Both the position numbers and the translations under genes were made by a program. A stretch of 63,958 nt of DNA, the filler included, from Octopus bimaculoides (lineage: Eukaryota), in assembly GCF_001194135.2 (NCBI RefSeq). It is 8 parts of 8 records of this genome, joined end to end, with 100 filler letters (N's around TTAATTAATTAA, not from the genome) between each part and the next. Parts side by side here need not be neighbours in the genome. Positions count along the whole stretch, not along the records: positions 39,001 to 51,430 come from NC_068983.1; positions 51,531 to 57,117 come from NC_068995.1; 6 more parts are not named here. One strand, written 5' to 3'. This document shows, in pieces, positions 39,489-53,186 of the stretch. How positions within the stretch are numbered: position 1 is the first letter of the stretch; each line of letters starts with the position of its first letter. The notes under the pieces are model-generated. The model was not told where the DNA came from and made no database searches. It saw nothing but the letters and a program-made list of their open reading frames with translations.

Positions 39489-39532
<44 letters not shown>

Positions 39533-40467
39533 GCACACATACATACTTTCATTCTTTTATTGGCATTAGTCAATGAACCCCAACCAAAATGTAGCACCTT
39601 CTGGTTTAGACTCCAGGTTTAGAATCGCTGACATAACACCAGATAAAATACATCGTATTTACTGTATTTTCACATATACCACTATATAAGCCTCTCCCAA
39701 ATAAGATAGATAAATAAAAACTATTTTTAGCAACTTGCAGCTTTTATTATCAGAAACGTTCAAAATGTCGGCAGGAAATATGCATTCAAGTTTATTCCTT
39801 TTCAGTTCCTTTACTTTTTTCATATATTGGACTCTGGCTATTCCGGAGCAGGAACATTAGGATTTTAGCCGATTAAATCAATTTCAGTAGATATTTGTAC
39901 TGCTAGTAATTGTTCTATCATCTCCGTTTGCTAAGTGGCAAGATTAAACATGATAACACCTCCACAACAGAAGATATATGCATGAAGAAGAACGAGCAAT
40001 GAATTCAGAGGAATGACACTGAAACCGAAACCTTATATATATATATTGGAAGAATTCACAAAATAAAAACAGACGAAGACAGGTGGTGTAGAAAACAAAT
40101 AGATGTATTAGTATAACGCTCAGAAATNNNNNNNNNNNNNNNNNNNNNNNNNNNNNNNNNNNATATATATCTTCGAAACGTCTAGTTAGAATAGAGACAG
40201 CTGATGAATGGACATTCCAAGTGGCTTTCCGTTTTCCTATGTGTTCGTTCCGTTGTCTGTAGTTCATTGTTCTAACGTCCTGTACCCTGATATGCATATA
40301 TATACACATGTAGATGTAAGTATGTACATATATGTGTGTATACATGTATATATATTCTTTGTATTATATATATATATTGGAAGAATTCACAAAATAAAAA
40401 CAGACGAAGACAGGTGGTGTAGAAAACAAATAGATGTATTAGTATAACGCTCAGAAATTGAAAAGGT

Positions 40468-40503
40468 CTTTAACGTTTCGAGCCTACGCTCTTCCACAGA
40501 AAG
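40468..40503 (-). ncRNA. Hammerhead-like motif, CUGUnGA family
   Basis: Minus strand: cuuu CUGUGGA A GAGC-guag-GCUC GAAA CGU U aaag. Confidence 0.5.
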
Positions 40504-40766
40504 GAACACAGAAAGAAACAAGGAGAGAAAAAAAATGTGTGTAGTGGTAAGCGATCTATCATGCCGAATGCCGGACAGAAGGGTCACACAGGAGAGTTAA
40601 GCAAAAGGGGAGATAACAAAGTAATAGTGATCCCAAAACGAAGGTGTGTGTGTGTAAGAGAATGCTGGTGATCTTAACGTATGCATGTGTGTTATGTAGG
40701 TGTGAAAATGTGGGGATGGGAATTGGTCAGTGCTGGTGTGTGCGTGGTGGTGTGTTGTGATGTGAT

Positions 40767-40806
<40 letters not shown>

Positions 40807-40813
<7 letters not shown>

Positions 40814-41065
40814 ATCACGTGACCGACCAGACTGTCAGATGTTGTTATACATCGCTGGTCACAGTGTGCCTTGCATCGTTTTAGCCTTCACATAACGCCA
40901 CCCAACAGGTCAAGCGACCAAGCCAACACTCCTCACCCCGCCTATGAAAGAGAGACTGGAGCAAATGAAGTGTTTTGCACCAGAAAACAATTCGCCGCCA
41001 GCTCTGGGAATCGAACGCACCGTGAGTGCAACAGCCTCACCACTATGCCACGCGCCTTCTTGTGT
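40807..41065 (-). mobile_element. tRNA-derived SINE family 4
   Basis: Minus head ggcgcgtggcatagtggtgagg...gttcgattccc; tail ends tcacgtgatcacgtga plus (TA)n. Confidence 0.7.
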
Positions 41066-41214
41066 GTGTGTGATTTAGGACATATTATTTCTTATTTTTG
41101 TCGTGAGAAGAGGATAGGGTTTCGACTTTCTGAATTGATAAAGGGGGGTGAGTTCTGTAAATGCTACGGGTTATATGCTTACTGTACTGGTGTTAGATGA
41201 ATGATGCTGGCACA

Positions 41215-41534
41215 GTTTTTGGCACTCCGTCGCTTACGACGTCGAGGGTTCCAGTTGATCCCATCAGCGGAACAGCCTGTTCGTGAAATTAACGTGCAAG
41301 TGGCTGAGCACTCCACAGACACGTGTACCTTAACGTAGTTCTCGGGGATATTCAGCGTGACACAGTATGACAAGGCTGACTCTTTGAATTACAGGCACAA
41401 CAGAAACAGGAAGTAAGAGTGAGAGAAAGTTTTGTTGGAAGAGTACAGCAGGGTTCGCCACCATCCCCTGCCGAAGCCTCGTGGAGCTTTATGAGTTTTC
41501 GCTCCATAAACACTCACAACACCCAGTCTGGGAA
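41215..41534 (-). mobile_element. SINE family 3 (runs into a gap)
   Basis: Aligns to 29926-30245. Confidence 0.88.
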
Positions 41535-41916
41535 NNNNNNNNNNNNNNNNNNNNNNNNNNNNNNNNNNNNNNNNNNNNNNNNNNNNNNNNNNNNNNNNNN
41601 NNNNNNNNNNNNNNNNNNNNNNNNNNNNNNNNNNNNNNNNNNNNNNNNNNNNNNNNNNNNNNNNNNNNNNNNNNNNNNNNNNNNNNNNNNNNNNNNNNNN
41701 NNNNNNNNNNNNNNNNNNNNNNNNNNNNNNNNNNNNNNNNNNNNNNNNNNNNNNNNNNNNNNNNNNNNNNNNNNNNNNNNNNNNNNNNNNNNNNNNNNNN
41801 NNNNNNNNNNNNNNNNNNNNNNNNNNNNNNNNNNNNNNNNNNNNNNNNNNNNNNNNNNNNNNNNNNNNNNNNNNNNNNNNNNNNNNNNNNNNNNNNNNNN
41901 NNNNNNNNNCTCTCAC

Positions 41917-41994
41917 TACTTTTGGGCAACCCTGTATACATAACTATATGTATATATATATATATACATATATATACAGGGTTTCCCAAAAGTA
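41917..41994. mobile_element. Two outward-facing Tc1-like TIR ends around a TA-rich spacer
   Basis: tacttttgggcaaccctgta (41917-41936) / tacagggtttcccaaaagta (41975-41994). Confidence 0.6.
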
Positions 41995-42224
41995 GGTTTA
42001 CAGATAGCACGTAGGTACACAAAATGTCTTTTAAAACATTTTATTACATTTAAATTTCTATCTTACAATTAACTAAATTAGCATAGAATAATGGTTGCAT
42101 ATTTTGTTTTATAATGAAGATCTAAACTGTTAATGTATGAGTGCGAAAGAGATAGTTGAATATACATATACATGTATACGTATACATGTAAATATATACA
42201 TGTATATATATATATATTTGTGCA

Positions 42225-42280
<56 letters not shown>

Positions 42281-42489
42281 TACATAACATATATATTATA
42301 TATATGTAAGTATGTATATATGTATATATGTATATATGCCTGTATATATGTGAGACAATAGTTTCAATTTGATAGTTTCAGTATTAAAGTGAAACTATTA
42401 AAGTGAAAATATCTGACATTACAATAGAATCTATATAACAGATTGAATAGATGCTATTGAATAGATGTTATTGTTTCACTTTTGACACG

Positions 42490-42755
42490 TAATACTGCAA
42501 TAGTGGAGGAGATGTGATAGTGCACTGGACTCACACTAGACAAGCAGTTAACAAATTTCTTGGCCTAAAACACTACATGGACCCTAAGTAAGGCATGTGT
42601 AAAATTTGAATGAAAGTGGTTGCGTAGTTCTCAAGTTTTAGGGATTCACACAGACAGACAGACAGACACACACACACAAACAGACAGACAGACACACACA
42701 CACAAACAGACAGACAGACACACAATCACATTCGCATCTTTATATATATTGATGA
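42490..42755 (+). mobile_element. Helitron/DINE-like element with (GACA)n
   Basis: aaaatttgaatgaaagtggttgcgtagttctc...(cagacaga)n...tttatatatattgat. Confidence 0.5.
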
Positions 42756-42793
42756 TATATCATTATGCATATCTATATCTATCTATCTATCTA

Positions 42794-42868
<75 letters not shown>

Positions 42869-43600
42869 ATATATATANNNNNNNNNNNNNNNNNNNNNNN
42901 NNNNNNNNNNNNNNNNNNNNNNNNNNNNNNNNNNNNNNNNNNNNNNNNNNNNNNNNNNNNNNNNNNNNNNNNNNNNNNNNNNNNNNNNNNNNNNNNNNNN
43001 NNNNNNNNNNNNNNNNNNNNNNNNNNNNNNNNNNNNNNNNNNNNNNNNNNNNNNNNNNNNNNNNNNNNNNNNNNNNNNNNNNNNNNNNNNNNNNNNNNNN
43101 NNNNNNNNNNNNNNNNNNNNNNNNNNNNNNNNNNNNNNNNNNNNNNNNNNNNNNNNNNNNNNNNNNNNNNNNNNNNNNNNNNNNNNNNNNNNNNNNNNNN
43201 NNNNNNNNNNNNNNNNNNNNNNNNNNNNNNNNNNNNNNNNNNNNNNNNNNNNNNNNNNNNNNNNNNNNNNNNNNNNNNNNNNNNNNNNNNNNNNNNNNNN
43301 NNNNNNNNNNNNNNNNNNNNNNNNNNNNNNNNNNNNNNNNNNNNNNNNNNNNNNNNNNNNNNNNNNNNNNNNNNNNNNNNNNNNNNNNNNNNNNNNNNNN
43401 NNNNNNNNNNNNNNNNNNNNNNNNNNNNNNNNNNNNNNNNNNNNNNNNNNNNNNNNNNNNNNNNNNNNNNNNNNNNNNNNNNNNNNNNNNNNNNNNNNNN
43501 NNNNNNNNNNNNNNNNNNNNNNNNNNNNNNNNNNNNNNNNNNNNNNNNNNNNNNNNNNNNNNNNNNNNNNNNNNNNNNNNNNNTATATATACACACACGC

Positions 43601-43633
<33 letters not shown>

Positions 43634-44494
43634 CTCATAGATACATACATACACGTGTCTAAGTGTGTGGGTACATGTGTGTGTGCGTGTGTGTATGCAT
43701 AAATATATAGACATATATGTATATATATATTTATATGTTTGTGTGTGTGTATGTGTGCGTGTGTGTGTGTGTATGTCTGTGTATATGTATATATATATGT
43801 ATGTATATGAGCACACACTCACACGCACATACTAACATACATATATTCATGTCTAAATACATACTTGTTTACCCGCCTTATCAGGTATGGTATCGCTATA
43901 TAAATGCCATCTGGAAATAGTTGTTTTGTTTAACACAGAATGATCTTTTTGAACTGATATTTTACTTTCTCACCCCAATGACACATCTACTTAAAATATG
44001 CTGTCAGCTGTTCCTCTCGTTTCTTCCAAATCGAGCACTATTCAACCCATACACAAAAACGTACACATACACACAAAATATACTGTTCTCTTTTATCGCA
44101 TATTCATTGCTGCACTCCTGTTCTACTGTTGGTACTTGTTTTTCTAGTAAAATTTCATTTTGTTCAGTGGATCTATTTTTTAAAACCTGCTTCTGCTTGA
44201 TAAAATCAGTCACGTTGCATTGGTCCATACTTGTTGCTTGCTATATGCTATTGTGTGCGTTTGTTGAAATTTTACCTTCTCCGCTTTAATCTTTTGTATA
44301 ATTTGAAATATTATTTTGTCCTTGTTTAGGTAGGTGGGAAAAAATGCTTTTGTAGCTGTCAGATCGATAGTTGACCGAGTTTCGTTGTACATTCAATCAG
44401 AGACGTCGAGAGTTCGTCCTTAGCTAATGTATTCATCAACGTATTGTTATACCCATGTCTAAATATTATAATCTATAATACTCTCGGATTACAA

Positions 44495-44705
44495 GGTGGT
44501 GAGCAGGTAGAATCGTTAGCAGGTAGGACGAATTGCTTACAGGTATATCTCTTTACGTTCTGAGTTCAAGTTACACTGAAGCCGACTTTGCTTTTTATCC
44601 CTTCTTGATGAATACAATAAAGTACTAGTCAAGTACTGGGGTCGATATAATTGACTTAACCCCGCCCCTCATAATTACTTGCTTTGCGCCAAAATTTGAA
44701 GCCAA
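44495..44705 (+). mobile_element. SINE family 1 (diverged)
   Basis: Head, core and tail recognisable. Confidence 0.75.
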
Positions 44706-44914
44706 TACTCCCAGTCTGTATGACGATAAAGCATTGGCTTCCAGCAGTGATTCTGTAGTATATTTCACAATTATTTTTTAATTTTTTAAATTCGGTTTTC
44801 GATTTAGCTAACATTTTCTCATGCGAATCATTTCGAAAGACGATCTGATAGAACGCGTGCGCGTGTGTGTACGTGCGTGCGTGAGTGTGTGTGTGTGTGT
44901 GCATGTGTGAGTGC

Positions 44915-44955
<41 letters not shown>

Positions 44956-45327
44956 AAATAAAGTGACAAACAGCAGTGGGGGTGACAACTGGGGAGAGGA
45001 GAAAGATATGTTCCTGGGTACACAAACATAGAAAGACATAGTGACATATTTCATCCACAAAATGCATACCAACTGACCATATGCAATTATCCACTCATAC
45101 ACACACATACACAGACACATATATATATATACTCATGTATTTAGAGAAATACAAAATACACACATACTCACACGCCGACACACATGCGCACGCGCGCGCA
45201 GGCAATCATATAGCAAAATAAACACATTCAAGACATGCAACAGATATACTCCGCACATACATATATATACAAGCTAAATTTATGCAAGTATATAAACAAG
45301 AACAGCAACGACGGCAACAATAATAAT

Positions 45328-45662
45328 AACAAGAGCACTCAGAGAGCGCAAACCTCCGCCAGGGCAACACCAAGGTCCTCTCAACGATTAGCCGGAGATG
45401 ATTTTTAAAATGAGAATATGTGAAATAAACTAGACTGCTCTCAGAATTTAAGTAGAAAAAAACGGAAACATAATCCAGAATCCTTGTCCGGTGTCGTATC
45501 GATCCCAAAATCTAATCAGTTTGTGCCAGTCTCGAGGCCAAACATCCCTGAAAGTTTCATACGAACCCATCCAGTGGTTCTTGAGATATCTTGTTTACGG
45601 ACAAACGAACAAACAAGTATAACTGAAAACAATGCCTCCATCTTCGCTAAGGCGGAGGTGAT
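45328..45662 (+). mobile_element. Helentron/DINE-like non-autonomous element
   Basis: Sub-terminal IR acctccgcc (45352-45360) / ggcggaggt (45651-45659) and a 3' hairpin gcctccatc-ttcgctaa-ggcggaggt. Confidence 0.6.
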
Positions 45663-45809
45663 AACAATAATAATGATAATCGTTTCTTTATTGGCCACAA
45701 GGGCCGGACACAAACTAAACAGGGACGAGACACTAGAAGGGAGAAGTGGGGCGTTGAACAATGCCGCGTATAAAATAAGTAACAAAAACAATTAACAAAA
45801 CAATAATAA

Positions 45810-47110
45810 TAATTCCCCTAAAGGAGAAAGTCTCTCACAGGGACAACCGAGGAATCCCACACATTCTGGTTATTCCGACCGCCAGATGCACCTCAGCAGG
45901 TGCCTCTCGCCTTCTCAACTCCTTCGGTTTACAAAAGAAATTTCAGAGTAGGCCCCCTCTTCACACAGGCCATCCTCACCACATGCACCCACCTTTCAAT
46001 AAATTCACTGGTGCGGCAGAACATCCCTCTTTACTCTCACTTCTCTCTTCAAGTGAAACTTGAAAAAGTCGATGAGGGCTTAGCCGAAGGGGAAAGTATC
46101 TGTCTTCAGCCCTTTCAGTTTCGTTCACCACACTACCTTCTTCGCCATAATCACCAGACAGAAGAAAACTGCTTTTCCTTCCCGGTCAAAGGAAGGTGGC
46201 GGGACGATCTTCACAATGGACTCAGCTGATAACCGGATCCGTCCTACACGCAACAACTGCAGTTCGACAAAGCTCCACAAGTCAGCAAAGCACGGACACT
46301 GAACGAGTGCATGCAGGACGGTTTCATCGCGTCCGTAGAGCTTGTGTCCAACCGACAGAGTTCTCTGGTAGCACTGCCAGGCCAGGGATTTCTGGAAGTT
46401 ATCCATAGGCCTCGGCCCCAAAGTCCTCCGAAAAAGACCAGCTAATCGATCCCTCCCAACGCCCAAAGTTTATCTGAGTACGTCGTCACTCCCCCCACTA
46501 ATCCCATATAAAAGTCCATTGTAGAACTTCCACCGACTGCGATGCCCGACTGACAAGAGAGCTGTGAGCACTTACCGACACTCCACCACCTCCTCCAGAC
46601 ATTTCAGGGACAGTTTCCACTCTGCGCATTTCTGGGTAAGATCGGTTACCCAACTCGTCACTTCCTTCCATTTCTTGTCCACCTGGACGTCCGGACCAAA
46701 CCAGACCCCGAGCAATTTAACCGGTCTTTTCGTCTAGCGCCCTACAACGTTGTCGGTTGGCATAGACCTACCTCTCCACGAGCCGAGCTGCAGACCCACC
46801 GACTTGTCCTGATTAATTTTTTCTCTTGTTACCGTTCCGTAATCCATTAAGGTAGTGCCGATCGCCTCGATTTCCATGCCGTCCGACACTATTATGGTGG
46901 CGTCGTCCGCATATACTGACACGCATCTTCCGCATCCTAGATCACACGAGATGCCCCTCGAAATATCCAACTTCCTTAGTAGTGGCTCGAGAGCCAACAC
47001 GTACTGAAGAGGGAAGGTGGTCATCCTTGACGGCCGAACGGGCGATACTAAACTATTCCGATAGGGGACCGTTTACTTTGACCACCGAACAGATGTCACT
47101 GTACATTGCA
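45810..47110 (-). mobile_element. Tx1/L1-clade LINE fragment (RT plus C-terminal zinc region)
   Basis: PLQYVLALEPLLRKL, VSVYADDATIIV, EKINQDKSVGLQLGSW, ETVLHALVQCP, FFCLVIMAKKVVW. Confidence 0.85.
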
Positions 47111-47139
47111 GAACAATAATAAAGATAATAATACTAATT

Positions 47140-47240
47140 TCAAATTTTTGGAGCAAGACTAGCAAGCTCGGAGGAGGGATTAAGTCGGTTACATTGATCC
47201 TTGTACTCAACTCGTACTTATTTTATCGACCCCGAAAGAA
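47140..47240 (-). mobile_element. SINE family 1, 3' half
   Basis: tttcaaatttttggagcaagactagc...atcgaccccgaaag. Confidence 0.7.
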
Positions 47241-47629
47241 TGAATTTTGTATTGACATCAACCGGTCACAATCCAAGGAATTTTCACTCCATCTAATATA
47301 TAAATGACATGAATGTTGTGAGTAAAGAGGTTGAAAAAATCACCAAGTACTCCGAATTGAACGTAGAAAGTGCAAGACTGTATGGAATGCGAGAGGGTAA
47401 TGTAAAAGTGATACCAGTGGTGATCGGAGCGTTGGGTTCAATCACATTGAAACTTCAAGACTTCTTAAGGCAACTGGAAATCCTATGCAAGATTGATGTC
47501 GTGCAAAAAGCAGCTTTATCGGGCACAGCGCACATCTTAAGGAAAATATTATCTGTCTGAGGTCCTTATTGTGACTTGACAGATGACTAAAGACTCCGGT
47601 GCATTTTTAATTAAATTGTGTTACGAAGG

Positions 47630-47630
<1 letters not shown>
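47240..47630 (+). mobile_element. R4/Dong-like LINE 3' end
   Basis: EKITKYSEL..VKVIPVVIGALG..VQKAALSGTAHILRKILSV; followed by (TAA)n at 47630-47773. Confidence 0.88.
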
Positions 47631-47773
<143 letters not shown>

Positions 47774-48984
47774 CGCAAATATTCTGCTCAGTATCACAGA
47801 TTTGTGTCTTAGTTGCTTGACCATAACCAGTTGAACATGATAGTGATGGGGTTTTCCTGATACAGGCGGATTTATAGGGATAATCAAGTAAACCCCAGCC
47901 CATTCAAGATCACCCGGAATACCTCTGCCTTCAGCCTATCAACTTATAAACAAATGGAGCATAAATACTACGCCATAGATGCAACAAACAACCAATGGAA
48001 TAACACAGTTATCAGACTATCCAAGTATATAACGGATGTATACAGGCACACACAAACAAACACACACACACATATATATTTATGTATATGTGTATATATA
48101 TGTGTGTATATATACACGTATATACTCTTAGTTTATAAACACACACACACACACATATATACATAATGATTTTTACAGAGTGATATATAATGTGTGTGTC
48201 TGTGTGTCTGATGGGAAGGACTGAAAATAAGCTATGTTATACAAACATTTTCTAATTTTAACACATGTAATTACTTTATTTGTAAAATTAATTCCTGTGT
48301 AACTACGATTTCGCTGAATTCATTAGACATTTAAAGTGTGCATGGGAAGAAGTGAATTAGAAACATTAGTGAAAATTTATTTATACCAATCATATACTTA
48401 ACCAACGCATGTGTATCCTGCTAGTTGTGTCAGCACTCACAAACTTACTATCTGAAATGTGCTAGCAGTAATTCCCTATAAGAAAACGTAAACACCTTAC
48501 ATACAGATTTTAATAGTTTAGCATGCTACTTTACTAAATAATATACCTCAGAAAGCTTTTAATTTTCTTTTGTTGATAAATGTTTTAGTTTCCAACAAAT
48601 CTTGACGCTCAACAGCTGCTGTGTGTGTGTATGTGTGTGTGTGTGTGTGTGTATTACTTTTCTTTACGTTAACCTCATTATTCACTTAAACCTCTTCGTA
48701 ATGAACGCTTGCATATATTTTGAACTGCATGAACATATTTTTTCATGATAAAAAAGACGTGTTCCTTTTTTAAAAAATCATTTTCTATTGCGAAGTCTTT
48801 TTATTGTCTTGGTTTACTTTTGATATATTTCACGAGTAGCATTCGCATAACGAATATTGCATATCGAATTGAAGTTTTCTTTCTATACGTACGTAACCAA
48901 AATAAACATAGGAAAGAAGGAATGTGATTTCGTCTTCATATCATTACTCCATATGTCTTATCCGACTCGAGCAGTTGTGAAATT

Positions 48985-49465
48985 ATTTTCTACTCTAGGC
49001 ACAAGGCCCGAGATTTTGCGGGAGGGTACCAGTCGATTAGATCGACCCCAGTCCGCAATTGGTACTTAATTTATCGACCTCGAAAGGATGGAAGGCAAAG
49101 TTGACATCGGCGGAATTTGAACTCAGAACGTAAAGACAGACGAAATACTGCTAAGCATTCCGCCCGGCGTGCTAACGTTTCTTATTTCTTTATNNNNNNN
49201 NNNCTGCTAAGCATTCCGCCCGGCGTGCTAACGTTTCTTATTTCTTTATTGCCCACAAGGGGCTAAACATAGAGGGAACAAACAAGGACAGACAAACGGA
49301 TTAAGCCAATTACATCGACCCCAGTGCGTAATTGGTACTTAATTTATCGACCCGAAAGGATGAAAGGCAAAGTCGACCTCGGCGGAATTTGAACTCAGAA
49401 CGTAAACACAGACGAAATACTGCTAAGCATTTCGCCCGGCGTGCTAACGTTTCTGCTAGCTCTAG
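48985..49465 (-). mobile_element. Head-to-tail dimer of SINE family 1
   Basis: Two copies joined at 49237/49238. Confidence 0.85.
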
Positions 49466-49996
49466 CTCGTTCAGCATTTAGCTACCAAATTTCACAAACT
49501 CAATTGGATGTTAATTAAAACGTTGTACAGTTTCGTCTCCAGACAGCATTTTCTTGAAAAGTGATCTCCCAAAAGCTGTACATAAATTTTGAAATGCAAA
49601 GGTTTTTCCTTCTAACAGAAAATGTCATTTCCTGTTAAAATCTCGTCTTGGGATAAGATGTCTTAGGATTTGTTTAATTTTCTACGAGAAATAATTACGT
49701 TTATTTTGTTTGCATCGTGTATCACAGTTTAGTTGTTTCCATCTCGATAGACTGTTGTCGCATCCCCAAAATGATTCAAAATTTATGTTTAATTGTTGAG
49801 CACTTCAGCTGAAAATTAAAAATAACTTACACAAGCTAATTGGGGTGTAGCCTATGGAATACGCAGGTGTCTAATTACGAACATACATACATACGTGTAT
49901 GTATGTATGTATGAGGTACTCGGGCTAAATAAAACGGAAATCACAATAGCCCAGCGTCAAATACTTAAGTATTTTAAAATATCTAAAAATATCAAC

Positions 49997-50044
49997 TACG
50001 AGATGGTATCAAAACTTTCCGGAATAGTTAAGTTTAATACAAAA

Positions 50045-50114
<70 letters not shown>

Positions 50115-50440
50115 TTATTTACCTAACTTCTTACCTCATCACCTTCGAAATAGTCACCTTGCACAGCAATAAACCGGTCCCAGCGTTCCTGCCACTTTGT
50201 CAATCGGGCCTGGAAGTCGTTTTCCGTAAGTGAGTCGAGGACCTTCTGCGATTCGCTCTAGATCTCGACAAAGGTGTTAAAACAGCGACCTTTGGGCTGC
50301 ATCTTCAGGAAGAGGTGGAAGACCGCAGGCGCCAAATCTGCCAAATAAGGCGGGTGCAGACGCGATGCCATGCTGCTTTTGATGAGAAATTCATGAGTGA
50401 GAAGAGCTCGGTGACAGGGTGCTTGGTAGTAAAAGAAAAG
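49997..50440 (-). mobile_element. Mariner transposon 3' end with TIR
   Basis: APCHRALLTHEFL..HPPYLADLAPAVFHLFLKM..WQERWDRFIAVQGDYFEGD; TIR-like TAcgagatggtatcaaaactttccggaat at 49997-50025. Confidence 0.88.
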
Positions 50441-50736
50441 CCTTTCTCAAATCACTCGAACCTGCCGCGCTTTCATCTGTTTTCGAGTTTGTCAAAATTT
50501 AAATGCTTAATATATTAAGTTATAACGAAGCAATATTATTATTTGTGCCTTTTTGAGAAGAGCACTTACGTACTTAATAATTGTGAGAATTTATTTTTCC
50601 ATGTATTTTTCATTCATTGTAGTAGTTGACTGAACTTTTTCTAAATAAATCTTTGAAAACAGATTGATCGACTTACTTCAATGATAACAAATTTGTTTGA
50701 CAGACAGAGTATATTTTAATATTTATCGCAGCCTAA

Positions 50737-50935
50737 AAGCAGCGAGCTGGCAGAATTGTTAGCGTGCCGGGCAAAATGCTTCGTTGCATTTCGTCCTTAC
50801 TTACGTTCTGAGTTAAAATTCCACCGATGTCGACTTTGTTTCTCATCCTTTTGGAGTTGATCAAATAACTACCGATTGAGCACTGGGATCAATCTAATCG
50901 AAATTACTAGCCTTGTGTCCAAATTTGAAATCAGT
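50737..50935 (+). mobile_element. SINE family 1
   Basis: aagcagcgagctggcagaattgttagc... Confidence 0.8.
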
Positions 50936-51285
50936 ATTATGCACAGCATAGCCCACATCCTTCTCCTTATTTTGTAACCTTATATAGAGCACAGTACGTC
51001 ACGTGCCGGACGTGAGAAAACGCATGCTAATGAAGACTTGAATCTTAGACACAAGTAGGCAAGCAGAAAATGTCATACACAATTGCAGTGTAAGGTTGTA
51101 AGGTAAAAAAAAAGTCTCTGCTGGAAGTGTCGAGATTTTTAGTGGTCCACCTCTTCGAAGGTGGTCTTAAAGCGCGTTCGTTCGGCATCATAATTATTTC
51201 TGTTCTCCCGTGCTCTATTTATAGATGGCAGTTGGATCTATTATATTGTACATACTTACATGTTTGCTTGTACATATGGGCATGG

Positions 51286-51341
<56 letters not shown>

Positions 51342-51784
51342 CTTCTGACGGACGTGCTGTCACATCGGCTGCAGAGGTAAACCTTTTTTTTTTACCTTAT
51401 ATTGCCCACATTTGTTTAAAATCTTTTCATNNNNNNNNNNNNNNNNNNNNNNNNNNNNNNNNNNNNNNNNNNNNTTAATTAATTAANNNNNNNNNNNNNN
51501 NNNNNNNNNNNNNNNNNNNNNNNNNNNNNNGGTAAATCTAATTCGGACGACATCCAGCTTCTCACACGCTCCCTTTTTCTTCACTTCATTCTTCTTTACC
51601 TACTTATTGACCCACCCTCTCACCCTTCCTCCTTTCCTACCTCCTACCTACGTACCTACCTACCTACCTGCTTACCTCCCTACATACCTACCGACATACA
51701 TACTCCACCCTTAAATATCGTTCCTCTTTTAATATTTACTTTTATATTTGATACTTCTGTCCCACCTACCTTGTCTCGCTTATT

Positions 51785-51843
<59 letters not shown>

Positions 51844-52779
51844 CCCTTCAATAAATAAATAGGAATTGCGTATGTGTGTGTATGTGCACGCCCCTGTGTC
51901 TGTATGTGCGTGTGAACGAGCTGGGTATATGTGTGTACGTGTGTCGGTGTGTGTGTCTTTGCATTCACATGCGCACAAGCGTGTGTGTATGCATGTGTGT
52001 GCGTCTTTGCCTAGATCATTCCCTAACACAATTCCTGTCTCCCACCCCATTATCCCTGTCACCCCTCTTACCCTTGATCTAGCATCACAACTTCGAACCC
52101 GTTTCTCTTTCGTCCCTTCTAATTTCAATTCCTATACGTATATATATATATATATACATATATATACACACACACACATGTACATCATGCACACGTATAT
52201 GTATAGATGTACATATATACGTACATACCGCTATATATATATATATATGTATGTATAAGTGTGAGCATACATACACACACAATACATATCTGCATGTGTC
52301 ATATATGTAAGTGTAGTCTATGTTTGTGAATATATATATATATATATATATANNNNNNNNNNTGTATATATTAATGTATATATATGTATATATATATATG
52401 TACGTATATATGTATATATGTGTATATGTGTGTATGTATCTATGCATCTATTTATTTTCCTGTGTATGTACGTACGTACATACGTATGTATGTATGTATG
52501 TATGTATGTATGTATGTATGTATGTATGTATGTATGTATAGCAGCAACTGTAAACTAGGAGGAGGTACTCAGCAGACGTGACTACGGCGCCTGGGTGTCT
52601 GTTTAAAACACCTCCGTAACAAATAAACGGTTCCACCCCTTTCGCTTTAATTGGCTACAAAAAAGCTTGAACAATAGCATCATAAACAACATTTAACAAC
52701 CACTACCACAACAACAACAACAACACCAACAACGACTACGATGATAACAACATCGACAATAATAACTATAATATCAATG

Positions 52780-53186
52780 GTTTCAAATTTTGGCACAAGG
52801 CCAGCAAGTTCGCGGGTGGTGGTTGGTGGTGGTAAGGCGATTACTTTGACTCGGCATTCCACTGGTACTTATTTTATCGACCCTAGTATTTAGCTGGTAC
52901 TTATTTCTTTGAATCCCAAAAGGATGAAAGGCAAAGTCGACCTCGGCGGAATTTGAACTTAGGACAGCAGTCATTTTGGCCGGCGCGGTAACAATTTTTA
53001 TTTCTTTATTGCCCACAAGGGGCTAAACATAGAGGGGGACAAACAAGGATAGACAAAGGGATTAAGTCGATTACATCGACCCCAGTGCGTAACTGGTACT
53101 TAATTTATCGACCCCGAAAGGATGAAAGGCAAAGTCGACCTCGGCGGAATTTGAACTCAGAACGTAACGGCAGACAAAAGACCGAT
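52780..53186 (-). mobile_element. Head-to-tail dimer of SINE family 1
   Basis: Two copies joined at about 52997. Confidence 0.85.

Noticed and set aside
40171-40220. Permuted hammerhead boxes (cttcGAAACG..18-22 nt..CTGATGAA), also at 15411-15457 minus
   Set aside because: I could not fold stem I or stem II for a type-II topology in either copy, and the upstream context of one lies in a gap.
40046-40457. Direct repeat at 40046-40107 / 40377-40457
   Set aside because: Two copies of the hammerhead-repeat tail next to a gap. It is explained by that family or by the assembly.
43921-44460. Moderately complex ORF fragments (also 3240-4520, 36464-36790 and 54063-54308)
   Set aside because: No recognisable motif in any frame I translated. 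Possibly old transposon debris, but unsupported.
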